Of a stretch of 64,000 nt of DNA, positions 28,865 to 38,124 are shown in pieces; positions within the stretch are counted from its first letter, which is position 1, and every line of letters begins with the position of its first letter. Source of the DNA: a virus. The notes beneath the pieces are model-generated. The model had not been told where the DNA came from. It did no database searches and saw nothing but the letters and a program-made list of their open reading frames with translations. Location of the stretch: IMG/VR virus record IMGVR_UViG_3300047476_001246. One strand, given 5' to 3'. The translations under genes were made by a program, and so were the position numbers.

Positions 28865-28893
28865 ATTGTATATTTATTTATCTCTGTTGTCAA
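28865..28893 (-). promoter_or_regulatory. Sigma70 promoter heading the tRNA array
   Basis: TTGACA-17 nt-TACAAT, with ATAAATA embedded in the spacer. Confidence 0.85.
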
Positions 28894-28933
28894 CCTGCAT
28901 TTTATTTATGATTTCCAATTGTTTTTTTAGCAA

Positions 28934-29794
28934 CTAATTTATATCAAGCAGATTTCTTGTTTCTTGCGGATTCGCTAACTGTCCGCCAACATCCTCAATG
29001 ATACGTTTTGCTTTAGTGACCAGTTCGGCATTGCTGCGAGCAAGTACTCTTGGACTAACAAAAATATTATCCTCTAGTCCCACTCTAGCATGGCCGCCGT
29101 TGATAGTACTTAATGCTACATAAGGCATTTGCCACCGCCCCACACCAAATGCATACCAAACAGCACGGTCGGGTAAAATGCTTCGAGCATATTGTAAGGT
29201 CTCGGGACAACTAGGCCAACCCCATTTGACACCAGTTGCTATTTGTACCATGGGTGTTCCTTTGATCTCACCTCGGTCAATCAGGTCCTTGGCTATCATC
29301 ATGTCGCCACTGTCGAATATTTCCAATTCAGGCTTGACTCCGGCTTGTTGTATGAGCTTGGCCATTTCTCGTATTACTGGAACGCTGTTTACAGTAATAT
29401 GATCCTGACCTCTGTTCATGGTATTGAAATCTAGACTGCAGATCTCTGGCCGAAGTAGAACAATGTGACGCACTCGTTCTTCTGGACTAAGGAACGAATC
29501 ACTTCCGGTACGAACTGCTGCGGCTGGACCGGCAGCACCTGGCCCAGTTGTCAGGTTAATAAGTACATCTGAATTTTGCGATCTTATACGTTCTACTACT
29601 TCTTGATAGTATTCTAACTTCATGCTAGGCCCTGCTGTTTCAGGATCTCTCACATGCAGATGCACAATACTGGCGCCAGCTTCGGCAGATTCCAAAGCAG
29701 AGTCTGCAATTTCTCTGGGAGTGACAGGCAAATTGGGATTGCTTTTCTTGGTAGTGTGTGCCCCAGTTATAGCACATGTTAGAATGGTTTTCAT
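28934..29794 (-). CDS. 3-keto-5-aminohexanoate cleavage enzyme family (BKACE/DUF849)
   Basis: ITGA...P.TP.EIA...AGASIVHLHVRD; KPELEIFD; GGHARVGLEDN. Confidence 0.93.
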   Translation of the reverse strand: MKTILTCAITGAHTTKKSNPNLPVTPREIADSALESAEAGASIVHLHVRDPETAGPSMKLEYYQEVVERIRSQNSDVLINLTTGPGAAGPAAAVRTGSDSFLSPEERVRHIVLLRPEICSLDFNTMNRGQDHITVNSVPVIREMAKLIQQAGVKPELEIFDSGDMMIAKDLIDRGEIKGTPMVQIATGVKWGWPSCPETLQYARSILPDRAVWYAFGVGRWQMPYVALSTINGGHARVGLEDNIFVSPRVLARSNAELVTKAKRIIEDVGGQLANPQETRNLLDIN

Positions 29795-30552
29795 AAAGTA
29801 CGTCCGCCGTCGATCACAAAGGTATTACCGGTAGTAAAACGTAAACGAGTAGCAATTGCTTCCACTGCTGCTCCTATATCTTCGGGTGTTCCTACTCGCT
29901 GCAAAGGAGTTAGCGATGCCATACGATCATAGAATTCCTCGCCGTGTGATAAAAACCCAGTATTGATTGAGCTAGGGCATATGGATACCACACGAATGTT
30001 GGGTGCAAATGCCAGTGCTAGATTTTTAGTCAGTGCTTCAACACCGGCCTTGGACGATACATAAGCCACATTGCTACCATGTCCTGGGCGTTGAGTACTG
30101 GCAGAACTGATATTGACTATCAGTGCGTTGGCACTTTTATCTAACAGTGGCTTAAACGTTCGTATAGTTGAAAACACTGATCTTAAATTAGACGTTAAAA
30201 TTTCTTCAAAGAATTCGTCAGTCACTGCTTCTATGTTCTTGTGCGGGATCGGACGTGAATGACCTGCTGATGTCACCAAGATGTCGCAATTTGCGATTAA
30301 ACTTCTAGCACGTAGCAATTGCTCGGTATCGCACACATCAGTGTACAAAGCCAAGTGATTGCTGCCTGGCAAGTCGGATAAAAAATTTTCAAATTCATCT
30401 AGATTGCTTCTGACCAAGCCTATAATACGTGCGCCACTAGCAGCCAAACTTTGGCACACTGCTCGACCAATTCCGCCGTTGGCTCCTGTAATTACCGCAG
30501 TCTGTCCTGATAGATCTTTCAATGGTGTAAAATTCATAATAAATACTCGCAT
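29791..30552 (-). CDS. Short-chain dehydrogenase/reductase
   Basis: TGANGGIG, NISS, YVSSK. Confidence 0.93.
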   Translation of the reverse strand: MRVFIMNFTPLKDLSGQTAVITGANGGIGRAVCQSLAASGARIIGLVRSNLDEFENFLSDLPGSNHLALYTDVCDTEQLLRARSLIANCDILVTSAGHSRPIPHKNIEAVTDEFFEEILTSNLRSVFSTIRTFKPLLDKSANALIVNISSASTQRPGHGSNVAYVSSKAGVEALTKNLALAFAPNIRVVSICPSSINTGFLSHGEEFYDRMASLTPLQRVGTPEDIGAAVEAIATRLRFTTGNTFVIDGGRTL

Positions 30553-30599
30553 CTTCCTGTGTTATAAACTATACTACATACTTCAACTATTGTCAATAT

Positions 30600-31754
30600 A
30601 TGTCATCACCTGTGTTAGCATACTCCGGTGATCAATTTGGTTTCTATACCGTTGGTCCCAATTTTAAAACATACAGCAAGCTTCTGGCTATCGAAGAAAT
30701 GCAACGGACCGGGCAACATCTGGAATGGCATTTTAACGAGCATGTGTTTAAAAATTACAATTGGAAAGCAGAACCCACAGAATCGTTAGAAGAACTGTAT
30801 CGTCAACGAGCACAACGCATACGTGATTCATATGATTACGTTGTGTTATGGTATAGTGGTGGTGCAGACAGTCGCTGTATGCTAGATGCCTTTGTTTCCA
30901 ACGATATCAAAATTGATGAAATAGCCAACTTTGTCAGTTATGAAGCTGATCGGGACCGACATAGTGTACTAAACGAAGAAATTTTTTATAATGCACTACC
31001 GCACATTGACCAAATACTCGAACGTTATCCTGACATCAAACATCGTGTAGTTGATATAAGTCCAATTATTTCTGATATTTACCTACGTCCTGATGTTAAA
31101 TTTGAATACATTTACAACATCAAAGGTATCATGTCGGCCAACAGTTTAGCCAGATCTTATATTCGTGAATATGTCAATGAATACAAATCAATTATTGACA
31201 GCGGAAAACGCATGTGTTTTCTTTGGGGTGCTGAAAAACCAAGACTACTAAAAATTAATGGTGCATGGAACACTTGTTTTATTGATGTGTTTAGTGAAAC
31301 CAATCTTAGACTACAGAGCATGGACAAAGTTGGATACTTTGATGAATGGTTTTTTTGGGCTCCCGATGCTGCACCTATTGTGGCCAAACAAAGTCATATA
31401 CTAATGAAAGCAATGCGAGCAGCCAATGTTGTTCCTGACATGCTGTCTGACGTATCGGGTGCTCATCTGCCGCGAGCCGACAATGGCCGCTATCTAAAAA
31501 ATGATATCTATCACAGTTTGATTTATCCGGGTTGGAGATCAGACCTTATTGTTGCTCCAAAACCTCAAAATCTCTTGCTGTCTGAAAGAGACAATTGGTT
31601 CTGGTCTCAAAACCCTGATACCAATACAGCAGTTAAAAATGCAGCCAACGGAATTAAAGAAATGATACGCCGCGTTGGCGATTATTGGCTAAACGATGTA
31701 AATGATTACACTCGTGGAATTAAAGGTTGCCGTACCTGTTATCCTTTGGAATAA
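30600..31754 (+). CDS. PP-loop (adenine nucleotide alpha-hydrolase-like) protein
   Basis: VVLWYSGGADS. Confidence 0.65.
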   Translation: MSSPVLAYSGDQFGFYTVGPNFKTYSKLLAIEEMQRTGQHLEWHFNEHVFKNYNWKAEPTESLEELYRQRAQRIRDSYDYVVLWYSGGADSRCMLDAFVSNDIKIDEIANFVSYEADRDRHSVLNEEIFYNALPHIDQILERYPDIKHRVVDISPIISDIYLRPDVKFEYIYNIKGIMSANSLARSYIREYVNEYKSIIDSGKRMCFLWGAEKPRLLKINGAWNTCFIDVFSETNLRLQSMDKVGYFDEWFFWAPDAAPIVAKQSHILMKAMRAANVVPDMLSDVSGAHLPRADNGRYLKNDIYHSLIYPGWRSDLIVAPKPQNLLLSERDNWFWSQNPDTNTAVKNAANGIKEMIRRVGDYWLNDVNDYTRGIKGCRTCYPLE

Positions 31755-32836
31755 TGATTTAAAAGCCAACGCCTCGACACTTTGCCCGACGGGGCTAACG
31801 GAATAGCATCCACCTGTTTTACAAAATCCGGTCTGCAATGACTGCCAAGGGATGTTAAAAATTCCGCAACAGTTTTTGTATCGCATTCACCTGTGTAAAT
31901 TACTCGAACACGACTTTCTCCGAATACAACACATTGTCCTATGTTTGTGATTGCAGTGGTCAATTGTTTTTCCAGACTTAATGGATTGACTTTGATTCCA
32001 CGCACGTTAATTTGTTCGCGGGATCTACCTAGAATACGATAGTAGCCGTCTTGGTCAACTTCGGCCAGGTCCCCGGTATCATACCAATCAGTTGCACACA
32101 CTGTATAACCGCGAATTAGCAGTCGTCCATCGTCGATTGTTGCTTCAATACCATCTGGACGTCCGACTGTTCCTAATTTTTGAATTCCATTTAATGGATT
32201 GGTAAAACAGTGACTCAATGCTTCAGTCATTCCAAACGCTTCAATGACAGGTACATTGAATTTATTTTTGAGTCTATGATACAAATCGTCGGGCATGGCA
32301 GAACTGGCAGATCGTATGAATCGCAGCGAAGGCAAGTTCATGTTTTCGATCAATTTTAAAACATCAGGTATGGCAGTTATAAAGGTTGGATTGTATGATT
32401 CTAATTCTCTTATTTTTTTGATATTTAGAAACGATACTGTACATCCAGCCAACTTGGTAGCCCAATAAAAGCCTTGCCCATGAGCATGCCACAGTGGCAT
32501 TATGCTAACGTATCGATCAGCAGCGGTGATGTTGTAGCTTTGCACAATTCTTTTGGCCATGTTGTCAACTTGTGCAGCAGTAAAACTACAGAACTTGCTG
32601 TCTCCAGTTGTTCCGCTAGTGTACCAAAATACTTTTTCGTTGGGGTATGAACCACCATCCTTGTCATGACGACCGTGACGATCAATTAGTACACTCCAGT
32701 CAGCATGATCCAGCAGATATTTGATTCGTTCTGGTGTACTGTCTGGATTGACAATCATCAGACTGTAGTCATCAAGAGTGGGAATTATGTCCCAGGGGTT
32801 ATCAACGCAGATAACCGCACGTTTTCGAATAGTCAT
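31739..32836 (-). CDS. AMP-binding enzyme (acyl-CoA synthetase-like)
   Basis: YTSGTTG, FGMTE, YDTGDL, GR...INVRG, SGKV. Confidence 0.92.
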   Translation of the reverse strand: MTIRKRAVICVDNPWDIIPTLDDYSLMIVNPDSTPERIKYLLDHADWSVLIDRHGRHDKDGGSYPNEKVFWYTSGTTGDSKFCSFTAAQVDNMAKRIVQSYNITAADRYVSIMPLWHAHGQGFYWATKLAGCTVSFLNIKKIRELESYNPTFITAIPDVLKLIENMNLPSLRFIRSASSAMPDDLYHRLKNKFNVPVIEAFGMTEALSHCFTNPLNGIQKLGTVGRPDGIEATIDDGRLLIRGYTVCATDWYDTGDLAEVDQDGYYRILGRSREQINVRGIKVNPLSLEKQLTTAITNIGQCVVFGESRVRVIYTGECDTKTVAEFLTSLGSHCRPDFVKQVDAIPLAPSGKVSRRWLLNHYSKG

Positions 32837-32893
32837 AGTAATTTAATTATATAGGACACATAAAAAAACAGCAACCTCAGTTGCTGTTTTTGT

Positions 32894-33868
32894 TTAATGC
32901 AAAGTTCTAATTCTTTGTATTAATCCGTCACTGAAATGATATTTGAATTTGGTATATGCAATTTGAGACTTGTGCTTTAAGATTTTACGATCTTCTTCAC
33001 TGATATCAACAATGCTTACTCCATTTTGTTTTGCATTGGCTTCAAATTTTTCTGCGTCTTCAATGGACCATTGACGTTCTTTACGAGCTGCTTCAAACGC
33101 TGCACGACGGAATATTTCCTGCTCGGTTTCAGTCAAGGTAGCCCAGAACTTGTTGCCAATCAAGATAGTGGTCATGAACATGGAATGATTTGTTTTTAAA
33201 ATGTGCTTGCCTTCAAATCTTAGATAAGTTGTTTCTACTGCATCTCCAAGATTGCTATCGAGTACATCGTATTTTTTCCACAGGTACGGAGGAATAGCAA
33301 CAGCTTCGCCGCCCATGCTTTCGATGGTTGTTCCTAATGTTAATGGTTTATCAACAACAATTTTTAACCCTTGCAAATCTTCAATACCGTTAATAGGGTC
33401 ATTGGATCCAATTACTCGATAACCTCCCGAGTAAGTAAATGCCAAGCCAGTGACTGGTGTACGACGTCCTAGTTCTGCACAAAGTTCTTGTCCAATTTCA
33501 CCTTCAAGAACACGGCTAACATGCTCGTGGTTGTCAAAAATAAATGGCAAATCAATTGCATCAAAATCGCTGTAGCGATCGCCAATGCGAGTGACTTGAG
33601 TTTGACTCATTTCAATAGCACCGTCTTCTAGTGCTTTCCAAAAAGATTCAAATCCTTTACCAAAATTTTCGCCGTTGTAATCATTCATTAACTCTAGGCC
33701 GTCGATGGGCGCATATTTTTCGCAATATTCTGGGTAGGTTAGAATTTCTAATTCGATAGAGTCAAGTCCTTGTTTAACAAGTTCTTCTTTAAAAGCATTG
33801 GCTGTACGCACGAATAGATCTTGCGGTTGATGTGCAATAAGCCAGCGTACTTTGCGGGGGTTGTTCAT
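32894..33868 (-). CDS. dctP: TRAP transporter substrate-binding DctP-family protein, no evident signal peptide
   Basis: DLPFIF, YSGGYR, DLQGLKI, TNHS; start MNNPRK with AGGAG RBS. Confidence 0.85.
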   Translation of the reverse strand: MNNPRKVRWLIAHQPQDLFVRTANAFKEELVKQGLDSIELEILTYPEYCEKYAPIDGLELMNDYNGENFGKGFESFWKALEDGAIEMSQTQVTRIGDRYSDFDAIDLPFIFDNHEHVSRVLEGEIGQELCAELGRRTPVTGLAFTYSGGYRVIGSNDPINGIEDLQGLKIVVDKPLTLGTTIESMGGEAVAIPPYLWKKYDVLDSNLGDAVETTYLRFEGKHILKTNHSMFMTTILIGNKFWATLTETEQEIFRRAAFEAARKERQWSIEDAEKFEANAKQNGVSIVDISEEDRKILKHKSQIAYTKFKYHFSDGLIQRIRTLH

Positions 33869-33990
33869 GTGTTCTCCTGGGGATTGATGTATAAATGTAT
33901 TTATACTTCGGGACAAAAGCAAAATTTCTAGTAATATTTAGCCCAATAAAAAAGCCCTTTTACGGGCTTTTTGATTTGTTAATTTTACAA

Positions 33991-34065
33991 TTAACGATTA
34001 GCGATGTACATAGTGATTTCAAAACCAAAACGCATATCTTGTGCTGCTGGTGTAGTCCATGCCAT
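33991..34065 (-). CDS. pqqA: Pyrroloquinoline quinone precursor peptide PqqA
   Basis: Read manually: MAWTTPAAQDMRFGFEITMYIANR with the E-x-x-x-Y motif; AAGGAG RBS; terminator at 33949-33972. Confidence 0.93.
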   Translation of the reverse strand: MAWTTPAAQDMRFGFEITMYIANR

Positions 34066-34178
34066 GTTATTTCTCCTTGATTAAAATTAACATACTGCAA
34101 CAGTATGTATCATTATTTTACGCTATGTTGCAGTGCAATCATATCCATACAGTCATGATTTTAGGCTACGTAAATTCA

Positions 34179-34352
34179 CTAGCGACCCCAGGAGATTTTG
34201 AGCCATGCTCGCTCGTGTACATAATGCAATACAGTTAAAACAATGTTGGCCATGATTGCGCCTGACCAGCCGGCCCAAATTGCTGTGACTAGTGTTGCAA
34301 TTATTCTCCAACATACTGCTCGTGCTATCGTTCTTTTGTGTGATTCTGTCAA
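34179..34352 (-). CDS. DUF2061-like small membrane protein
   Basis: Read manually from TTG: TESHKRTIARAVCWRIIAT...HYVHERAWLKISWG. Confidence 0.75.
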   Translation of the reverse strand: MTESHKRTIARAVCWRIIATLVTAIWAGWSGAIMANIVLTVLHYVHERAWLKISWGR

Positions 34353-34390
34353 AATACGTCTCCAATAAAAAAGCCCCTTTCGGGGCTGAA

Positions 34391-34903
34391 TTAACTATTG
34401 AGTACTTTGGCCACTGACGTTATTACGGCAGCGATTCGACCAATGTCCCTTAGTTGTTCTACAGTGTATCCCATCTTCTTTAAGTTGTCATAATGCGATT
34501 TAACACAAAAATGACATTTACCCACAATACTGGCAGCAAGGCTATAAGCTTCGAAACGTTCCTTTGTTGTGCCACCATGTGTACTTATGGCGTTCATGCG
34601 TAGCTGTGCAGGGAGTCCTTTGAGATTGGCGTCATCGGCCATTTCTACATATGGATACCACACATTGTTCATGCCCATAAGACTGCTTGCTGTGAGTGCT
34701 GCATCACGTTCTACTGCATCTGCAATGTTGGCCTGGATAAAACTTACTAGCTTACCATTGCCAGTGGCCATTGCTGCTGCTAGAGCACAAGCATTAGCTT
34801 CAACAGGATCAAGTGTACTCCTATTGATAACGCTATCAAGGTTAAGTTTTGTGTCTTTGGCATATTCTGGCAGACCTTCTTTAATTTGTTCAACCCAACT
34901 CAT
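34391..34903 (-). CDS. ahpD: Alkyl hydroperoxide reductase AhpD
   Basis: LPEYAKDTKLNL, MGMNNVWY, GKCHFCVKSH. Confidence 0.93.
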   Translation of the reverse strand: MSWVEQIKEGLPEYAKDTKLNLDSVINRSTLDPVEANACALAAAMATGNGKLVSFIQANIADAVERDAALTASSLMGMNNVWYPYVEMADDANLKGLPAQLRMNAISTHGGTTKERFEAYSLAASIVGKCHFCVKSHYDNLKKMGYTVEQLRDIGRIAAVITSVAKVLNS

Positions 34904-35148
34904 TTTGTTTGTTCCTTTTCTTTTTGTGCTGCTTCCCAGGTTGTTAGTGCAACCCGATAAGCTTCTTCTGTTAAACTGTGCCAACCAATGCAATCGCCGG
35001 TTGGACTGCGGCCGCAGCCACAGGTTCCCTTTTTCATTTGTTCTACTGCTGGTGTCATTTCTTTATCCTTTTTAAAAATTGCGTCCCAGTTGCTGGCAAA
35101 CCGGTCTAAGCTAACACTGTATGGACGAGGACCAGATCCTTTACTCAT
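34900..35148 (-). CDS. CDGSH-type iron-sulfur domain protein
   Basis: CGCGRSPTGDCIGWH. Confidence 0.7.
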   Translation of the reverse strand: MSKGSGPRPYSVSLDRFASNWDAIFKKDKEMTPAVEQMKKGTCGCGRSPTGDCIGWHSLTEEAYRVALTTWEAAQKEKEQTK

Positions 35149-35212
35149 TTGTTCTCACCTCGGCAACTGGGACAGTGATTGTTCTTTAAATAATCAAATA
35201 ATTCTCTAAAGT

Positions 35213-35617
35213 TCATCGCGTTTGATCTCCTAAAATTTTATAACCCTTGTAAGTAGGATGCACTCCGTCTTGACTAATATTGCTTTCGGGTCTGGGAATT
35301 ACAGTATCTCCAAACTCGGCAGCAACTTGACGAACCGCTTCCACTTGACGAGGCTTTAGTCTCTGACTAGGCAGCAACCAAAACACTCTATCAGCTTGTG
35401 CATTGGTTCTTAACGACCTGATATTTCCTTCGGTGTTGATACCTAGATCATTTGCGCCAAGACTGATAACAAGTGTTCGGGTAGGCTTTAGTTTATGCAA
35501 ATGCCGTTTGTTCCAATCGCTGGAATTGATGCCGCTTTTTGCAATAGTCTGACACTCAGGACGAACTTGACTTACACCAACAGCAATACTATCTCCAACA
35601 ATCAAACATTCAAGCAT
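35213..35617 (-). CDS. SGNH/GDSL hydrolase-like protein
   Basis: GDSIA, LGAND, DGVHP. Confidence 0.85.
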   Translation of the reverse strand: MLECLIVGDSIAVGVSQVRPECQTIAKSGINSSDWNKRHLHKLKPTRTLVISLGANDLGINTEGNIRSLRTNAQADRVFWLLPSQRLKPRQVEAVRQVAAEFGDTVIPRPESNISQDGVHPTYKGYKILGDQTR

Positions 35618-35799
35618 GTGCTATCTCCTTAAATTAAAAACATTGCAACAACAGCCAGTACCAATAAAACTAACACAAACTGCCCCGAACGATCTCGCTT
35701 TGTGGGAATTTCGTTGGTACTAGGCGCAGGAAGATGAATACGCTTACGCATACTACGCATTAAGTTTTGTATTAGCACTGGTTTCATGACGTTGTCCTA

Positions 35800-36345
35800 T
35801 TAGAGTGTTTCGCCACCAATTGGACGACTGCATGGGCATAGTTCGCCGGTTTGTAGTGCGTCAAGGATGCGTAGTGTTTCGTCTGGATTACGACCAACAT
35901 CTAGATTGTTGACAGTGACATGCTGAATAACGTTGTCTGGGTCCACAATGAATGTGGCACGTAGAGCAGCGCCAGCTGGTGCATAGAAAATGCCCAGTTG
36001 TTCTGCTAGGCTGTTCTCGTCGCGAGCAACATCAGCAAACGACCATGATGTGGTTTTCTTTAGATCTTCGTGAGCATTGCGCCAAGCCAGTTTACAAAAT
36101 TCGTTATCTGTGGAACCGACAAGCAATACTGCGTCACGATCTGCAAAATCTTTATTGAGTTTATCGTATGCAACGATTTCAGTTGGGCAAACAAATGTGA
36201 AGTCTTTTGGATAGTAAACAATAACTTTCCACTTGCCTTCGAAGCTTTTGTCTGTGATAGTTTCAAAAGCATTGTCGGGTGTGAGCGCACCAGGCTTGAC
36301 ACCAGTGACTGCAAAGTGAGTGATTTTATCTCCGATGGTTTTCAT
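35800..36345 (-). CDS. ahpC: Peroxiredoxin AhpC
   Basis: YPKDFTFVCPTEI, RATFIVDP, GRN.DE.LR. Confidence 0.96.
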   Translation of the reverse strand: MKTIGDKITHFAVTGVKPGALTPDNAFETITDKSFEGKWKVIVYYPKDFTFVCPTEIVAYDKLNKDFADRDAVLLVGSTDNEFCKLAWRNAHEDLKKTTSWSFADVARDENSLAEQLGIFYAPAGAALRATFIVDPDNVIQHVTVNNLDVGRNPDETLRILDALQTGELCPCSRPIGGETL

Positions 36346-36373
36346 TTGATTTCTCCTATAAGTTAAAATGAAA

Positions 36374-36718
36374 TTATTTTTGTGATCTGCAATTTGGGCA
36401 GATCAATTCTAAATTACTTTCCGCATTATTATGCGTGTTGTTATCTTTGTGATGAACAACTAATGGTATTGGATTTCCTGCATGTTGATCGTTCCGACAA
36501 ATTTCGCAATACGCACCACGCTGTTCGATCAAGTAGCGTCGAACATAATCTGGTACCTGCCGCCAAGCCGTAGTAGATTGATTTTGTTTCCAATCATCGA
36601 CCAACAATCTACTTTTGTGCTGTTGCTGGCAACTGTTGTTGCAATATTTGTTGGTATAACTGTGTCCCTTGACAGGATTGACACGACCACAATTTAAACA
36701 AGTAAAACAAGAGTTCAT
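36374..36718 (-). CDS. HNH endonuclease-like protein
   Basis: CEIC...HHKDNNTHNN...NLELICPNC. Confidence 0.8.
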   Translation of the reverse strand: MNSCFTCLNCGRVNPVKGHSYTNKYCNNSCQQQHKSRLLVDDWKQNQSTTAWRQVPDYVRRYLIEQRGAYCEICRNDQHAGNPIPLVVHHKDNNTHNNAESNLELICPNCRSQK

Positions 36719-36817
36719 AATCGAATAGAGTAAGTTGCAAAGCACTTTATAATATTTACTGCTCTATTACAGTCATTATATACGCTGTTATGCGGTTATG
36801 CAACATTTCTGGTAAAA

Positions 36818-37378
36818 TTAATCGTCGTCCTCGTCGTCCCTATACTCATCTTCATCAATATAAGTACCCGGTGCATCGTAAGCTCGATAATACGCTTCGT
36901 TTGGACTCATGATACGGAAATCATATTGTAGTGCTGCAAATGTTGCTTCTTCTTTCTTAAGCAAATCGCACACAACAAAACTTGTACCGCAACCGCCTGA
37001 CACATTTTTAAATGGGCTGTGTTTGAACTCGTTATTTTTAAGAGCTTGATGCATTTTCCCACCGTAATAGAAAATGATACGAGTAATACCCAGACGCTGA
37101 TTACGCAGCCTAATTTGATCAATTACGGATAGTTTGGATAGGGTTGCTTCGTTATTCTCATCAATAACTAACAAACATTCCTTGAACTTGATACTGCCTT
37201 TGGTATGGGAATTGTCTGGAGTTTCTTTGGTACTCCATGGCATGTCTGCGGTGACATGATTGACATAAAACGTTTCACCATGTGTTTTAACGACCCACAT
37301 TGGTATGGTCTCGTCTTCTAAATGCTTTTTGTTAAAATGGAAGACTACATCTCGGCATGCATATTCAATCTACGACAT
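36818..37378 (-). CDS. Hypothetical protein with in-frame UAG at codon 3
   Basis: AAGGAG RBS then ATG TCG TAG ATT GAA TAT GCA TGC..., in frame with the track ORF 36818..37300. Confidence 0.7.
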
Positions 37379-37402
37379 TTTTACTTCTCCTTAAAATAGT
37401 AT

Positions 37403-37639
37403 TTAATTCTCGTCAAAGTTGGTGACAACAAATTCTTTGCTGGGTGTGAACTTGGTTGGTGTTTTTATTTTTGGGTCAAATGTTATGTGATATCCGCTGA
37501 ACTTATCACCATCATATTTGACTCTAATATCCGAAACTTGGCGGCCAGTTTGTCGCTCAACTGCGGCAACAATTATTCTGTTAACAGTTTCAGATCCAAT
37601 TGTAGCTGTCATTTCAATGTCAATATCAAAATTATTCAT
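37403..37639 (-). CDS. Hypothetical protein
   Basis: ORF track; AAGGA RBS right after the suppressor tRNA CCA. Confidence 0.65.
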   Translation of the reverse strand: MNNFDIDIEMTATIGSETVNRIIVAAVERQTGRQVSDIRVKYDGDKFSGYHITFDPKIKTPTKFTPSKEFVVTNFDEN

Positions 37640-37648
37640 AGTATCCTT

Positions 37649-37724
37649 TGGTGCGCTGGGTGGGAATCGAACCCACGCATCTGGAGTTTTAGAGGCTCCG
37701 GCTTTTCCATTTAGCTACCAGCGC
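37649..37724 (-). tRNA. Amber suppressor tRNA (CUA)
   Basis: GCGCUGG/CCAGCGC-ACCA; anticodon arm GGAGC-CUCUAAA-ACUCC; canonical T-arm. Confidence 0.85.
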
Positions 37725-37775
37725 ATTTAAAAAAAGGCAGCATTGCGCTGCCTTTACTACCGAGTTGAACTAGAA

Positions 37776-38045
37776 TTAGTCAACTAGACCCATTGCAATG
37801 GCTTTGTAGCCGGCTGCAACAATTTTACGGCTGGCACGACCATGGCGGTACTCGGTTACACGAACGCCATTACCTGCTTTACGGGTATTAGCATACACAG
37901 GGAAACCTGCATAACGAATTTCGCTGATGGTAGCCGTTGGGTTTTTGATGCTAAAGCGTTTAGCGATCTGGCTAGCAGTCAGGGTCTCACCGTCAAGGAC
38001 GAGAGCACGGAATAACTTACCTTGTTTTGTATTTAAATCAAACAT
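37776..38045 (-). CDS. HTH DNA-binding protein
   Basis: LTASQIAKRFSIKNPTATISEIR; terminator at 37729-37755. Confidence 0.7.
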   Translation of the reverse strand: MFDLNTKQGKLFRALVLDGETLTASQIAKRFSIKNPTATISEIRYAGFPVYANTRKAGNGVRVTEYRHGRASRKIVAAGYKAIAMGLVD

Positions 38046-38124
38046 CTTTAATATCTCCTAGTTAAGATATGCTGTACGACAGCATTCAAGTATTATAGCT
38101 AAGTGTTTTGGAAAATGCAACTGT

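Noticed and set aside
34153-34365. Track ORF METYFDRITQK
   Set aside because: Wrong frame; the overlapping frame 34179..34352 encodes a DUF2061-like protein
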